Shown piece after piece: positions 49,131 through 62,433 of a stretch of 64,000 nucleotides of DNA; within the stretch, counting starts at the first letter, position 1, and each line of letters begins with the position of its first letter. This DNA comes from Eledone cirrhosa (Eukaryota). Where the stretch lies: contig OZ024740.1 of the NCBI GenBank assembly GCA_964016885.1, forward strand, positions 87,110,001-87,174,000. Direction: 5' to 3'. Under the pieces are notes generated by a model. It was not told where the DNA came from. It ran no database searches and saw nothing but the letters and a program-made list of their open reading frames with translations. Both the position numbers and the translations under genes were made by a program.

Positions 49131-52100
49131 CTACAGGCTGATATAGAGAGAAGGCCCATTCACTCGGGCCATTCTAGCCACTTTCACCCACCTTTCATAA
49201 AACTTGCTGGGGTACAGCACCTCTCTCTCCATCCTGATTCTTCTTCTAAAGTGGTATTTGAAAAAAAGAATCAGTTGTTGGCCAGAGAGAAAGGTGTCTG
49301 ACCTCAGCCCTTTCAACCTTGTCCAGTCCACCATACAACCTCTTTCGCCATAGCTATCACACAAAGGAAAACCGCCACTCCTTCGTTTTTGAATAAGGGT
49401 GGCGGTTTGATCATGACAATGGACTCGGTGGTCAATCGGATTGGTCCCACACGCGACAAAAGTCGTTCTACATAGCTCCACATGTTGGCAACGCCTGGGC
49501 AGTATATGAATGCGTGTGCGACGGTTTCTTCGTCTCGCACGCACCTCTGCCCGGGCGCCCATATCTGTAGAGCTTGTCTCGAACTGGTAGAGCTCCTCGG
49601 TAGCACTGCCAGGCCAGGGACTTTTGGAAGTTGTCCATTGGTCCTGGGCGGAAGGTCCTACCGAATAGACTGGCCAGTTCGTCTTCCTCTATGCCTAGAG
49701 TTTCACCAAGCACATCATTGCACTTGCTGCGGGTCAACCCTCTATAGAATGACGAAGTGGAGTCTCCACTGATCGCCGGGTCCGCCTGCCAGAGGGCTGT
49801 GAGCGCCTGAGCACATTCGATGTGCCAGTTGCCCATTTTCCTCGGTCTTTGCTTGACCCAGGACTGCAGCTCGGTCAGCGAGACGAGTTTTGGGAAGGCT
49901 CGCCTCACGAACGGGGCCCACACCGGTTGTCCGGTGAGGAATACGTAGAGATGCCGCATCCTGAGCGCGTGTTTGTGCATCGTCAGCCACGGCATCCCCC
50001 TCCCTCCGTTGGAAGAGTGTTGGCAGCAGATGGATCTTCTCACCAAAGGAGCCCGCCTCCTCCAAAGGAATTGGAAGAGCGCGCGCTTCATTCTGGTGAG
50101 CGTTTTGGCTGGACAAGGCATGACGGTCAAGCGGTAGTAGATGGCGGACGCTATAAAAGTGTTCGCCACCTCCGCTCAACCTTTCAAGGATAGTTTGCAC
50201 TCGGCCCACTTCTGGTTGAGTGCAAACACCTTGGCTGTTTCCTCGTTCCAGTTCTTCTCCACCTGGAGGTCCAGACCAAACCAGACCCTGAGCAGCTTTA
50301 CAAGTCCTTCCGTCCAGCATCCGACGACGTCATCGGAAGGCATCGGTTTGCCTCTCCACGATCGGAGTTGCAAACCGATGGACTTGTCCCGGTACCAGAG
50401 GGATGCCCTGCAATAGCTCCAACTTCTGCAGTAGTGGCTCGAGAGTTAGTACGTACAGAAGGGAGGAGAGAGGGCATCCCTGTCGAATGGATAGCCTGAT
50501 ATCGAACGGCTCTGAGAGGTAGCCGTTTACCTTGACCCTTGAGCAGATGTTGCTGTTGTGCATTGCAGCAATCCAGCCTCTGAACACGGGTCCGAAGCCT
50601 GCCGCCTCGAGCACTGCATCCAGGTAACGATGGTCAACCCTATCGAAAGCCTTAGACTGATCCAAGTTGATCAGGGCCCCACCGAAGTCGAGTTTACACC
50701 CTACCCACTCTATGATGTATCGCATGAGGTGGAGGTTGTAGTGTATGGACCTGGTCGGGATTGCGCATGTCTGCGCTTCTCCCACCAGGTTCTCGACGAC
50801 AAGCGCTAGCCTCTTTGCCAACACATTGGCCAAAATCTGTAACTGTGTGTTTAGCAGAGTTATGGGCCGGAAGTTGCCTATGTCATCCCCCTTATTCTCG
50901 TCCTTCTTGACTAGTGTGACTACGCCCCCGGTCACAGAACTGAGAATTCTCCCGTTCTGTTGCCAGTTGCAGTAGACCACTTCCAGGAGACCGGAGAATA
51001 AGTCCGGCATTGTTACATAAAATTCGTAGGGTAGACCGTCGAGACCTGGAGATTTGCGTTTGCCGCATTGGCTCAGCGTGTCCCCTATCTCAGCGGCTGA
51101 AATTGGCTTTTCGCAGAATTTCGCCTCGCTGTCCGAGAGTCGCGGCAGGCCGTCGAGGTATGGACCAAAATCCATAGCCCCTCCCGAACAGTTGAGCAAA
51201 GTGCCGCTGAAGGGCCGCACACATCTTCGGCTCACGTATCACGCGTCCGTCTTGGTCCTTCAAAGACCGAATCGTGGACTTGTTGCCACTGTCACTCGGG
51301 CCCAGCTAACAGCTTTGGCTCCCTTGTTTCCCAGAGCACGTATTTTGCTTCTGACAACGCAGCCCTCCTGCTTTGCGTCGAAGAACTGGTCCAAGGCCGT
51401 TCTCGTTGCTAGCACGCTGGCTACGTTGCCACTTCTAATTGCCTCTTCTACTTTATCTACCAGTTCCTTTTCGGCCCTATTTCTATCTAACGCTAATTCT
51501 TTACTAAAAACTAACGAGTCCAATCTAACTGCCCTCTTGAGAGAGTACCACCATCTGTTGTTGACAATGGCCCCTGTCAAGTGCTGTTTAACTAAAGTGC
51601 TAATCCATCTACTGTAGGCTTTGCATGTCGGTAACGACAAGTTCAGCTTCCAGTACCAGGTCCTTGTCTATGGGTTCTATCAAGGTTGACCATGCAGGTC
51701 ACTAGTTTGTGATCTGAATAGGCAACCATGAACATTTGTGGACAGCTTAACATGTCCCTATCCTTATTTCTAACTAGAACCCTATCTAGGTACGATCTAG
51801 ATGTTCTGCTGCGATTAGTCCACGTCACAGTGGCACAGTCGGAAAATCTAGTCGATATCTATCGGCCAGGTCAAATCGGCCGATTAACTGTTTGAGGCTG
51901 TTACACCCCATTTTATCGAGACATGCTCCCACATAGTCCCAACGTGCATCTAGGATTCCATTCCAGTCCCCCACTAAAAGCAAGGAGCGGGACGTTCCCA
52001 GAAAAGTCTCTTGACGTTTGAAGAAGTCTGGCTGCAGTGTCCTGGTTGGGGCATATGCGGCCACCAGCCTGAAGGCTCCACCTTCACTACCATCTGTGTT

Positions 52101-52336
52101 ACGAGGCCCAGGTGTTCCCGCAGCAAAACGGCAACCCCACCTCCCGACTGACAGAGATATGCGTAGATCTCAAAGTCATCGAAGATAGGGGCCAGCTGTC
52201 ACTCGCTGTGGATCCTGGACTTGCAAATAGTTACTACATCCATACTGTGTGACCTGAGGTCGTTTAAGAGTTTGCCCTGTTTCCAGGGCATCCCCAGGCC
52301 ACGCACATTCACACACCCAACTCTTATATTGGCCAT
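49131..52336 (-). pseudogene. Tx1 ORF2 (endonuclease-RT-zinc finger), frameshifted, YADD region deleted
   Basis: VGCVNVRGL, LVGDWN, SYLDRV, YSDHKLV, KSPGLDGLP, NFRPITLLN, LDQSKAFDRVDH, RQGCPLS and C..DEETVAHAFIYC, spread over several frames. Confidence 0.9.
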
Positions 52337-52371
52337 GTTGGTTCTGAAAAGTAAAGAGGAGAAGAAAACAC

Positions 52372-53994
52372 TCACCTCTTCGTCTCCCGGGGATGAGGCT
52401 GCATGATTTCCATGGGAGTGTTAGAGGGGTTGTCTGCGTGGGTGGTGGTTTTCGGCAGGGTGGGGATGGAGATGTTTGATGGGGTGGGGGTGTCTGGGGT
52501 GAGGGTAGGGAAACTTTCTAAAAGGACGCAGTTAATGGGTTTAACACAAGGATTACTCATGTCCTTAGGAAAGTTTTCCTTTAAAGACTTATAGGTGTCC
52601 GTAGGGACCCTAATCATCTTTAAATTAGGTTTGTCTACACAGTTAGAAAAAGTTTTTCCTTCGGTTTTCACCGAAGGGTCGTTGGAGATGACCTCCATTA
52701 AAGTTTTGTTTTTACTGTTTATGTATGTGTATTATGTATGTTCTTGTGTTGCGGTGGTTTTTGTCTGTTGTTCTTGTGGGAGCTTTCGTTTTGTTGTAGG
52801 TGTGTGTGTTTGGAGTGATGTCGTGGTTTTGTTTTCGGGACGGGGGGTTTTTGTTTGTAATGTTTGTGTTGGTGGTTGTATGTGTGTAGTGATGTTTGTT
52901 GTTTTTTTGTTCTTGTGGTGTCTTTTCTTCTTTCTTTTCGAACGGAGAGGCTCTCCCTCATCGTCACTTGGTGATGATGAGGGGGCCTCGTCCGTTGTGG
53001 TGTCTGTGTTATTTGGAAGGGGTATGTTTTGGGGAGCTGTTGTGTTTGTGGGTGTTTTTGCAGTGGTTTTAGCCGGAGTGGGATTGGGTGGGACTGTGCT
53101 TGCAGGTTGGTTTGTTGTTTTGTTGTTCTTGTTTTGGTTATGTTTGTGTGTTGTTGAGGTGGTGGTGGTGGTGGTGATTGTGTTGTTGGCAGTAGTGCCT
53201 CTTTTTTTTTGTAGTTAACTGAGGACAGTAAGCCTTCAGGTGACCACTGCTTAAACAGTGGTAACATGAAGACCGCCTACCCTCAAACAGAAATGTTTAT
53301 GTGTGAAATTCCATCCAGAGGCACACGTTGGGGTATTTTAGCTATCCATTCTGGCCTCATTTGGACCAGAACTTCCATACTTGTACCATTGAATGTGCCT
53401 CTGGAGGACTTTCCCACCGAAATGATGGTGTCTTCGTCGAAATCGATGAAGCCAGTTAAAATCCACCAGATGTTTACATTTGGTGCAATGTTCAAAATTT
53501 TTATCTTTTGTGTCCTTTTTCCCATATATGTGGGGGAAAAAGGTGTAAAGGGAAGACATAATCAGCGATACAGAATATTTTTGTGCCGACAATTGGTCTT
53601 TCAACACCGAAATGCTTCCAAAAAGTTTCCCTTTTTAGATGAAGACAATATCCTTCATGGAATTCTTCAGAACCAGTTCAATGTCGTTTTGGGATAATTG
53701 AACTCGTTTTTTCGACACATTTGAAACCGTCCTAAAAATTACTGTTTTTAGAACAGTTTCTCTGCGTAACTGTTGAGAAGTGATGCTGAAAGCACCACTC
53801 TCACCAAAAGTTACATACTGTTTTGCATCGCTTAACATTTCCCTAGCATTGGAAATGTCAAGGTATGTGAACAGTTCCGTCTTTTGGACGGTTTGAGCAA
53901 AGGAAATCTTTTCCTTGTTCGTGGAGTTGTTCGTGTTGCTGTTGTTGTTATCATTGTTGCTGTTGTTGTTCTTGTTGTCATTATTGTTGTTGTT
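52372..53994 (-). pseudogene. Tx1 ORF1 remnant
   Basis: Asn-rich N-terminus followed by ISFAQTV, the conserved-looking GKRTQKIKILNIAP segment and a Thr/Pro/Lys-rich low-complexity region. Several frameshifts. Confidence 0.7.
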
Positions 53995-55788
53995 ATTCAG
54001 ATAAGAAGCTGATGAGGGTGAAATACATCAGATAGGGTAGTTGAGAGGCTAGGAGGGTATATGTATCAGATTAGTAAAATGGGAGACACCTAACAAGTGT
54101 GTACAGGGTGTCCTACTTGCTGCAGTTATATTCTAAACACTAGTTTAATAATGACAGATTTACTTCTTTGACTAAATCCCTCCACTTTCTTGATTGTTTT
54201 CGTATTAATTGAATCAATACATTTTATCAGAAACAGTCCTTACAGTAGTATCATTATCACTAGTTACATGTATGGTTTAAAATCTAGTTCTTACTTCTGC
54301 CTCAAATATCTAATATATTCATTTCTAATGAGATAGAACACTTTATGCCTGCTATTACAAACTTATGAGATATAAACTTCAACCCTGATCTGTTGTTCAA
54401 CAAATGCACATGAAATTATACATGTGTTTCCTGAATATGGTTAGAAAGTAGAGTTCAAAAGCTTTGGGGATCAATAATACTTTACTTGAAATGGCAATTT
54501 CCATAAATTGCTTATACTCTGTCTTTCAAATCTAAAGCAGCTTATAGTATTTGAAATATTACACATAACAGTAGAGTTTAGCAACCTAAAGGCTTAAATA
54601 GATTCGATATAATAGGATTCAAATGAAATTTTTCTTTATCACCGTCAAATTCTAGCACTGATAATACAAAATACAAAAGTCTAATATAAGAGCTGCCTTT
54701 ACATGTAGTGCCAGTCGATACACACTTGAAAGGGTTAAGAGTTATTAACAGAAAATATTTGAGGAAAATCTTACAGTGAGACTGTAAAAGAAGGCATTGT
54801 AAGAGAGAGAAAGAGAGTGAGTGCATGAGAAAGAGAGAATTTGTGCCTGTTTTATTAAATCTACTATTGATGATCAGATTCCAGGATTTTGCAATAATGT
54901 CTATAATACACACACACACACATAAATATGTGTGTGTGTGTGTGAATGTGTACGCGCGTGCACGCATATGTGAAGGATCTTGTAAATTGAACTAATTTGC
55001 ATCATTGAAATTGTATTAAATGTATTTATTTTACCATATTTGGTGACCAGATATTTTAATAGCTTAACACGCCAGCTTTTAACTTCCTTTATATCACCCA
55101 CCATCATAATCAGAAACACTATCTGTCTCCCTGTATTATATATTCTATCTTTTATTGAGATCATTGTCAGAAGGTATCAAGCTATAAGGCATTTACTTAG
55201 ATTTCAAACAATTGTTTTACATAATTCCCTTGAAGTGAGCATAAACATATAAATTTCCATTAAATTGAGATTCATTTATGTGGACAGAATTTCCAGTCAT
55301 CACATGATCTTAGATGGACATAATTGTTATCTCTGCTACAATTATTGCATGATGCCTTTAATGCTAAGCCATTTCCCCAACTTGTTATACTTCATTTTCT
55401 GTGCTGATTAACATAACATATCCAAAGAAGCATGATCAGTTTATTTCTCCACAGACACTGTCTATCTTCTACATTTACTTGCATTACTACTATGCAATGT
55501 CACAATTACAAATGATTTATATGGGATTACTTGGTTAATTATTGATTTCAATAACATTACTGTGCCCATGTTGAGGCATATATATGTATATATATTATGT
55601 CAGGTACCTCTTCAGTGCTACTGGTAACATGTAACCCAGTACAACCTGTGCATGGTTGGGCCGTCGATGACTAAACTGGCAACCCCATCAAGTGAGGAGG
55701 GTGATTTTGGACACCCTGTGGGTGTTATTATTTCTGGCAATGTTATAACAATATGACCCTCCCCAAGTATAACAATATATATATATAT

Positions 55789-56000
55789 AAGGCACCTGGC
55801 TGAGTGGTTAGAGAATTGGATTCACAATCGTGAGGTTGTGCGTTCACTTCCCGGACTGGGCGATATCCTTGAGCAAGAGACTTTATTTCACAGTGCTCCT
55901 TCTACCTGGAGTTGCAACTGATAGATAGTATTAGCAATTGGAAAGACCAATGGAAACATTGTTTCCTCGGTCCGATTTGACGAAAGTTGATGGACTGTCA
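55789..56000 (+). mobile_element. SINE family A2
   Basis: tggctgagtggttagag head; tail shared with 24048-24307; between (TA)n tracts. Confidence 0.75.
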
Positions 56001-56954
56001 TATATATATATAAAGCATTTCAGAAGTCCTTAAGTGTTGGCATAAAAAAGATTGTTTTTCGGGGATTTGTATGGATCATTTACAAATAACTAATATCCAA
56101 TATGGGATATGTCACAGCACACAAGAGTTAGTTTTATATTATGAATTCAAGAGGACTTTTGAGAAGGGAGCAAGAAGTTTTACCAATTCTGATCTTATGA
56201 GCACTTTTGTATAGATTTCAGAAGTTATTCTGCTACGGACTCTATATAATGGGATGGTTGCAGTGGTATAATGTATATGAAAAACTTCATACACAACCTG
56301 AGATATATCTTATTCAAAGAGGACTGATTCATAACATTAAGAGAAGTTGTCTTTCCAGATTTAAAGCCCTTTATACTCAACTTCATATAAGCCACACTTA
56401 AGACACTAACTTCATAGTGTGTACATAGTTTCAGTTATCCTCTCTCCAAGCTCTATCTACAAGAGGTGTTGAAGTCTGCATAGTAAAGTAACCAAGCACT
56501 TGTAAACTTTATAGTGCTATAATACAGCCAGTAGTGTAAAGTTGTACTAACTTAATTATAGCTAGGTAAACTCTGCCTTTTAAAGTTAAGTTGTTTGCCA
56601 ATACAATACAGCAGAAAATTTAATTCATTGGATAGTATGATAGTACAATGACTCAGTCACTTGTGATACAAACATACATAAAATGCTAATCTGTTCTAAT
56701 ATACGAGTCACGATAGTCCTTTTCTAACCATTTTCTATGCCAATATAGGGTGGATAGGACTTCAAAGTACTTAAACCAAGTTACAATCCCTCTAGAAAGA
56801 TTAGAGAACCAGGTGTTGCTCTTATGTTTATTATTAACATATTTATATTTAAGATATAATGTGTTGGTACTTAATTTGCTTAGAATACAATCTTTTGCGT
56901 TTCTCTAACTGTATGTCACATGAGTATAGAATAGGTTCAGACAAAATTGTGTAG

Positions 56955-57300
56955 TTCAGGAGTTCACTTCACAACCATGTAGTTATGGGTTCAATCCCAC
57001 TGTGCAGTACTTAGGACAAGTATCTTCTGCTATAGTATTCGGTTAACCAAGTGAGAGGAATTCGATAGACAGAAACTGCAAAAGCCCATCATGTGTGTGT
57101 GTGTGTGTGTGAGAAAGACAGAGAGATATAGTCTCTCCCTTTCTATGTCTCATAACTTACCTGCTCAACAAGAAAGAGTTTGACAAAATAAGAACCAGGC
57201 ATAAAAAATAAGTACTGGTATCAATATGATCAATTAAATCAAGGTGGTGCCCAAGCAAGGCCACAGTCTAATGACTAAAACACGTAAAAGAATAAAATAT
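56955..57300 (+). mobile_element. Old tRNA-derived SINE (family C)
   Basis: B box gggttcaatcccactg, internal (TG)n and tail aaggtggtgccc..gccacagtctaatgact..aaaagaataaaa. Reverse copies at ~21545-21900, ~24335-24470 and ~20380-20515. Confidence 0.6.
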
Positions 57301-58065
57301 ATAGGGAACCTTTTCAAAATCTTCCATTTAACATTCTGTTGAAAGATAAGTATCATGATCTAGCAATTTTTGGAATGTGAATTTGAGATTTCTAGAATTT
57401 CTGAATAATTCAGCTTTATGTTTTTAATGAACATCAAATATATTACTATGGATAAGAGGTGGTTTTCAAATCTAAATCATAGCAGTGAATCTGGTGCATT
57501 ATAATATGTGAAAATAACCTTCCCATAGAGATCAGACAATTAATTATATATAAAGTTTGTGAGTTTCTGCTTTAATTTTTCAGTGTCTTTTTCAATTTTT
57601 CCACAATTTAATTTTTCATGAAAGTGATTTTTCTATACAGATATATAACTTCATTTAAAAATATTAATTACTTTTAATACATTTCATTATAAAAGTGATG
57701 GCCATCCATCTCTTTTATAATTGTTTATTTTCAGTTAAATATTCATAAATGTGTTTTAATAACTTTTATTTCATAGTGTGTGCATAGACACCTTTCAAAT
57801 TTTTTAAAACTACTTCCAGGCAAGTGACAAATAGCCCAGAAAAAGCAATGAGTTAATTCTTATTTCCATATTATTAAGCAGAAGAAAAAACCTTTCTCAC
57901 TAGTAACTATTTCAGAAATAAATAGGTAAACCAAGGCACAGATTAAAATGGGTTATCTATAGACACACACATTCTCTAAAATGAACTTAAACTCAGTTCA
58001 AAAAATTCATATCATTATGGAATTCCAGTACAACTACCATTAAAGACATTTGTTTATTATTATTT

Positions 58066-58210
58066 TCCAGCATAGTTACGTCCCTTTACGATCTGAGTTC
58101 AAATCCCGCCGAGGTTGACTTTGCCTTTCATCCTTACGGGGTCGATAAAATAAAGTACCAGTAATGCACTGGATAATTGCTGGCCTTGTGCCTAAAGTAG
58201 AAACAATTAT
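58066..58210 (+). mobile_element. 5'-truncated SINE family B
   Basis: Nearly identical to 48319-48462. Confidence 0.85.
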
Positions 58211-59702
58211 TTAGTCAGTGAGGAAAGAGCAGGGCTTATAGCCCCTTTGAAGACCTTAGAGGCAGTGGGGAGGGAGGAAATTAACCTCTAACTGTAGTCA
58301 TGGTTTGAATGCTTGCAACAGGGTGGATTCTGCTAAAGGTAACCAAGGGCTAGGTGGTGGTTTTAAACTGTGCAATAGATTAAATCTACCACCCAAGACT
58401 GAATCCAATGAAAGAATATAGGAGAATTTGAAATACGAATTAAGATTCAACAATGACAAAATGGGCAGAAATACAAGCATAATTTTCATCAACCAAGATA
58501 ATACAGATATCATTCTATGTAAAAAAATTATTTAGTTGGTTGTTATTGCTTCTTGCTTTTAAAGATTCAACAAGAATATAGTTTTAAAGGTTATACTATT
58601 TCTTCAAACTAATGAGATAAGTTAAGGATAGTAAATTTGAAAACTGCAGAAAGATATAAATGATCAAAAGTTTTTTTATCTTTATTAATTTGAAATTTCT
58701 TCAAGTATATATATTTCACATTTATCTTAGATAATTATATTTGTTATCACCTAATACTATATTCTAATGTGGAATATAGGAGAGAAGAAACATCGAAGAT
58801 AATTATGAGAATGATGATTAATTTATAAGGATGGCATTTATGAGAGGAGAGAGACAACATAATATGAATATACTTTAGTTGATCATTATTTATTCCATTT
58901 CTTAGTAGTAAAGAAACTACTGCATAAACAGATGTTTTAAAGACAAATGAGCATTAACATAGGTGTATGTAGCATATAAGTATACACAAGCATAAATATA
59001 TTCTGTGTGCATACACAATTCTACATATACTTCTTTCAAAATATTGTTGAACTAATTACCTCAGGATTAAACTGTGTAAACACAAGATAGAATCAAATAA
59101 CTGGGTAAAAATCTAATGAAAATGTGGAAATGCATACAATGCATCTCCTGCTTTAAAAAAACATGCATGAGAAACTAACCATATAATCAGTAGATAATGA
59201 AAACCTGAACAAGTACTTTGATCAACAGAATTATACAATTTATGGAGATTAAATAAATTTCAAATGAAAGTCAATTTCTATAATTTAATTGTTACTATGC
59301 TTTATGCATTAGATACAAGTTGCGATTCATCAAGATAGGTTAGTTCCTATGAAAGTACTTATCAGTGGAGGATATACTGAATTTTCATCAGCAAGCATCA
59401 AATTAACAACAATGGCAACAAATATATATATATATCAATAATAATAAGGAAAAAACAAAAATTAAATTAAATAAAAGAAAACATAAAAGAAATTTGATAA
59501 TTGTTTTAGACTGGTGAACTCATTGAATATGAGTGCATCGTAAATATTTAGCCTCTGAAGAAGTATTATACACATTCAATAAAACAACTGCACTAGATAC
59601 AAATTAAACTAGACATCAGAAAACAACAGTAATTGAATTTAAGAAAAAAATATAATCATCATCATATATATGATCTTAGTGGAGTTAACAGACGTTAAAT
59701 GA

Positions 59703-59737
<35 letters not shown>

Positions 59738-60083
59738 GGAGGCACATGGCTTAGTGGTTAGAGCATTGGCCTTGCTATCGAAAGGTTGTGTTCAATTCTC
59801 AGACCGGGTGATGTGTTGTTTCCTTGAGCAAGACACTTTATTTCACATTGCTCCAGTTTACTCAGCTGTAGAAATGAGATGATAGGGACTGGGGTCTATA
59901 TCATTCCAATGCAAAGTGGTCGTGGAGGTGCCATGGCAAAAAAGCACCCAGCACTCACTGTAAATGAGGTTGGTGTTAGGAAGGGCATCCAGCTGTAGAA
60001 ATCAAGCCAGAATCAGTTCCCGTCCCACCCTGCAAGCAGGGAAAAAGTGGACGTAAAAATGAAATGAAATGAATGAAAATGAA
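59738..60083 (+). mobile_element. SINE family A
   Basis: Full-length, (ATGAA)n tail, (TA)n flanks. Confidence 0.9.
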
Positions 60084-60475
60084 TATATATATAGAGAGAG
60101 ACTTGTGAATAAGTCAGAATCTCATTTTACAAACCTCATTCTTGTTTCACACTAGATTTGCATAAAAAGTAGAATAAGTTCAGTGACTAAGTTCAGTGAC
60201 TAAGTTAGATTTTGAGTTTCATGTCACTTTCTGTGTATGCATGTGTAAAATGTTGTGACTTACACACGACTATATATGGTATACGGAAAACACTTTTCAC
60301 TTAGACATGTTGAAGTCTTTGGCACACTAACAACTTTTACACTTATTGTGTTTTTCAACATCTCAGTTTTTCATACAAGGTCTTTTGTAATAATTCAATA
60401 AAACTTACAATTCATATACCACTGTTTTACACAATCAATTTGATCAGCTTCAAGATTTTAATTTTTTTTTTAGTA

Positions 60476-60875
60476 GCGGCTTTAATGGGGTTCCTCTCAA
60501 GCATCTTTGGAGTAATGTTACTCAATACAGTGCGTAGCTCAGATATCAAAGAGTCACTCCAGGTAGAGCTGCTACTTCTCCAAATTGAGAGACCACATCT
60601 CTGCTACTATGGGCACGTGGTTAGAATTGCTGGACAGATTTTATGGGCAAAACCAATCGGCAGGAAACCCAGGGGTAGACCGCAAGCAAGATGGTTGGAT
60701 AACATCCATGAGCTTGGCTGGTCTCACATGGGAAACTAGCCGGATCAGTTGTGGACGGTTGCTTCTGACAGGACCAGCTGGAAGGAGTGTCTGAGGATTT
60801 TTCCCCTACGACTCAAACAGGAGTATGTGGGTAATAATAATAATAATAAGAAGAAGAAGAAGAAAAAGAAGAAAA
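60476..60875 (+). mobile_element. RTE LINE 3' fragment (Rex3/Expander-like) with (AAT)/(AAG) tail
   Basis: VRSSDIKESLQVELLLLQIER..L.YYGHVVR...KPIGRKPRGRPQARWLDNI. Confidence 0.8.
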
Positions 60876-62296
60876 GGGTCAGTGCTCATGACTCATTTAG
60901 GGCTCTGTCAGACTGGTGGGAGGGAGGAATAGAGGATGTTATCAACAAATCTAAGACCTGGTGTAAAAAGGGGCTTGCAATAAAGTGGACCCTGCTAAAG
61001 GTGGTAGTGTTAACTCAGGCGATGCATTAAGGCTACCAGCAAAGTAGGGCATATAGGAATTTGAACTCAGAATGGAAAGAGCTAGAACAAATACCACAAG
61101 ACATCTTTCTAATGTTAACAATTCTGCCAATCATTGCTCTGGATAGGTACTTAATCTGATTGATTCCTCCTACCCACCATCAAATAAAAAGATGAAAGGC
61201 AAAGTTGATCTCAGCAAGATTTGAACTCAATGTGGATAGAACTGGAATAAATATCAACACATGTTGTCCTACACTCTAATGAGTCTTCTAATTCATCATC
61301 TGGAATCTCAACAGAATGAAAGAAATATTACAATAGGTTAAATGAGGATACCACATATAAATTAACCAGTCTGTCTCAAGATTACGGAGATGATTAAGTA
61401 ATCAATTCTAATTAGAGATTTATTTAGTGAAGTGTTTAATTGATGACGTTCATGTGTACAATCTTACTTCTCAGTCTGTTGCTCAGAATATGTTCACCAT
61501 CCAATTACTCTTTCTTTGTCCTCTTTCACCTTTTCCTCTCTCACTAATCTATGACCTTGGTTTTTATGGCATACATTTTGCCTGTCTAATTTGGTTACAG
61601 ATATATACAGCATTGATTTGCTTTAATCAAATACAACAATTTTTATAGGAGGAAAGGTGTAGTTGAGTAACAAATCTCCAGTATATCTTAAAGGTATTTA
61701 CAAATTAAGGAAGAAAATGGAGGTTAAATTATGATGATGTAAGGAACAGCTCTAACTCACATGACATGAACTCAAAAGAGAATATTAAAGAGAATCAAGT
61801 GTGGCAACATATTTCATTTACCATTTTGATAGTATTCTTAACATCATAAAATCTCAGCTATATATATCATTCTCCCTATGCATATATCATCATTATATAT
61901 ATTGAATTATAATAGCTTCAATGCTTTTGACTATGAAAAATAGTCTAAGTTGGGCATATAAGCCCCAGGAGATGGAAAACATTTGTTCAGCACCTGGCAA
62001 TCCACAGTAATGGTTAGCACAGAGAAACAGTATATTGAAGGTGTGGGTTTATGAATTTGACAACAGCCTAGGGATCTCTTTTCATGTCTTTTTCCAAATT
62101 GCCATTTTGTTTCCAAGTTCATTGAGCTAAAGTTGCCAACAGGGATGTCCTCCTCAGAGTCAGAGAGAGTTAATTCCACACTTATAATTATATCTGTATA
62201 AATACAGAGTGGGAAACCGAGACTGCACCGGTGTGTATATAAATATACACATATCTAATATTTAGGTATGTAAACATGACAGAAAATACGAATTAG

Positions 62297-62330
<34 letters not shown>

Positions 62331-62341
62331 TACATATATAC

Positions 62342-62400
<59 letters not shown>

Positions 62401-62433
62401 TACGTATATAAATATATATATATATATATATAT
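62297..62433. repeat. (TA)n microsatellite
   Basis: Directly visible. Confidence 0.95.

Larger units (their letters stand above)
48894..53994 (-). mobile_element. Near full-length, inactivated Tx1/L1-clade LINE
   Basis: ORF1 remnants at 53994-52372. ORF2 starts at ATG 52336 with APE, RT and C-terminal zinc-finger remnants. AATAAA near the 3' end. 9-bp TSD attcagata at 48885-48893 and 53995-54003. Confidence 0.9.

Noticed and set aside
52595-53218. 207-aa Val-rich plus-strand ORF
   Set aside because: Antisense shadow of the low-complexity Thr/Asn/Lys-rich Tx1 ORF1 region.
55590-55775. TG...CA-bounded 180-bp segment as a solo LTR
   Set aside because: No TSD is distinguishable from the TA flanks, and part of it resembles the RTE 3' UTR motif instead.
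61931-62179. 82-aa minus-strand ORF containing DCQV
   Set aside because: No Ig pattern, signal peptide or splice sites, and it lies on the wrong side of the Ig exon for the second half-domain.
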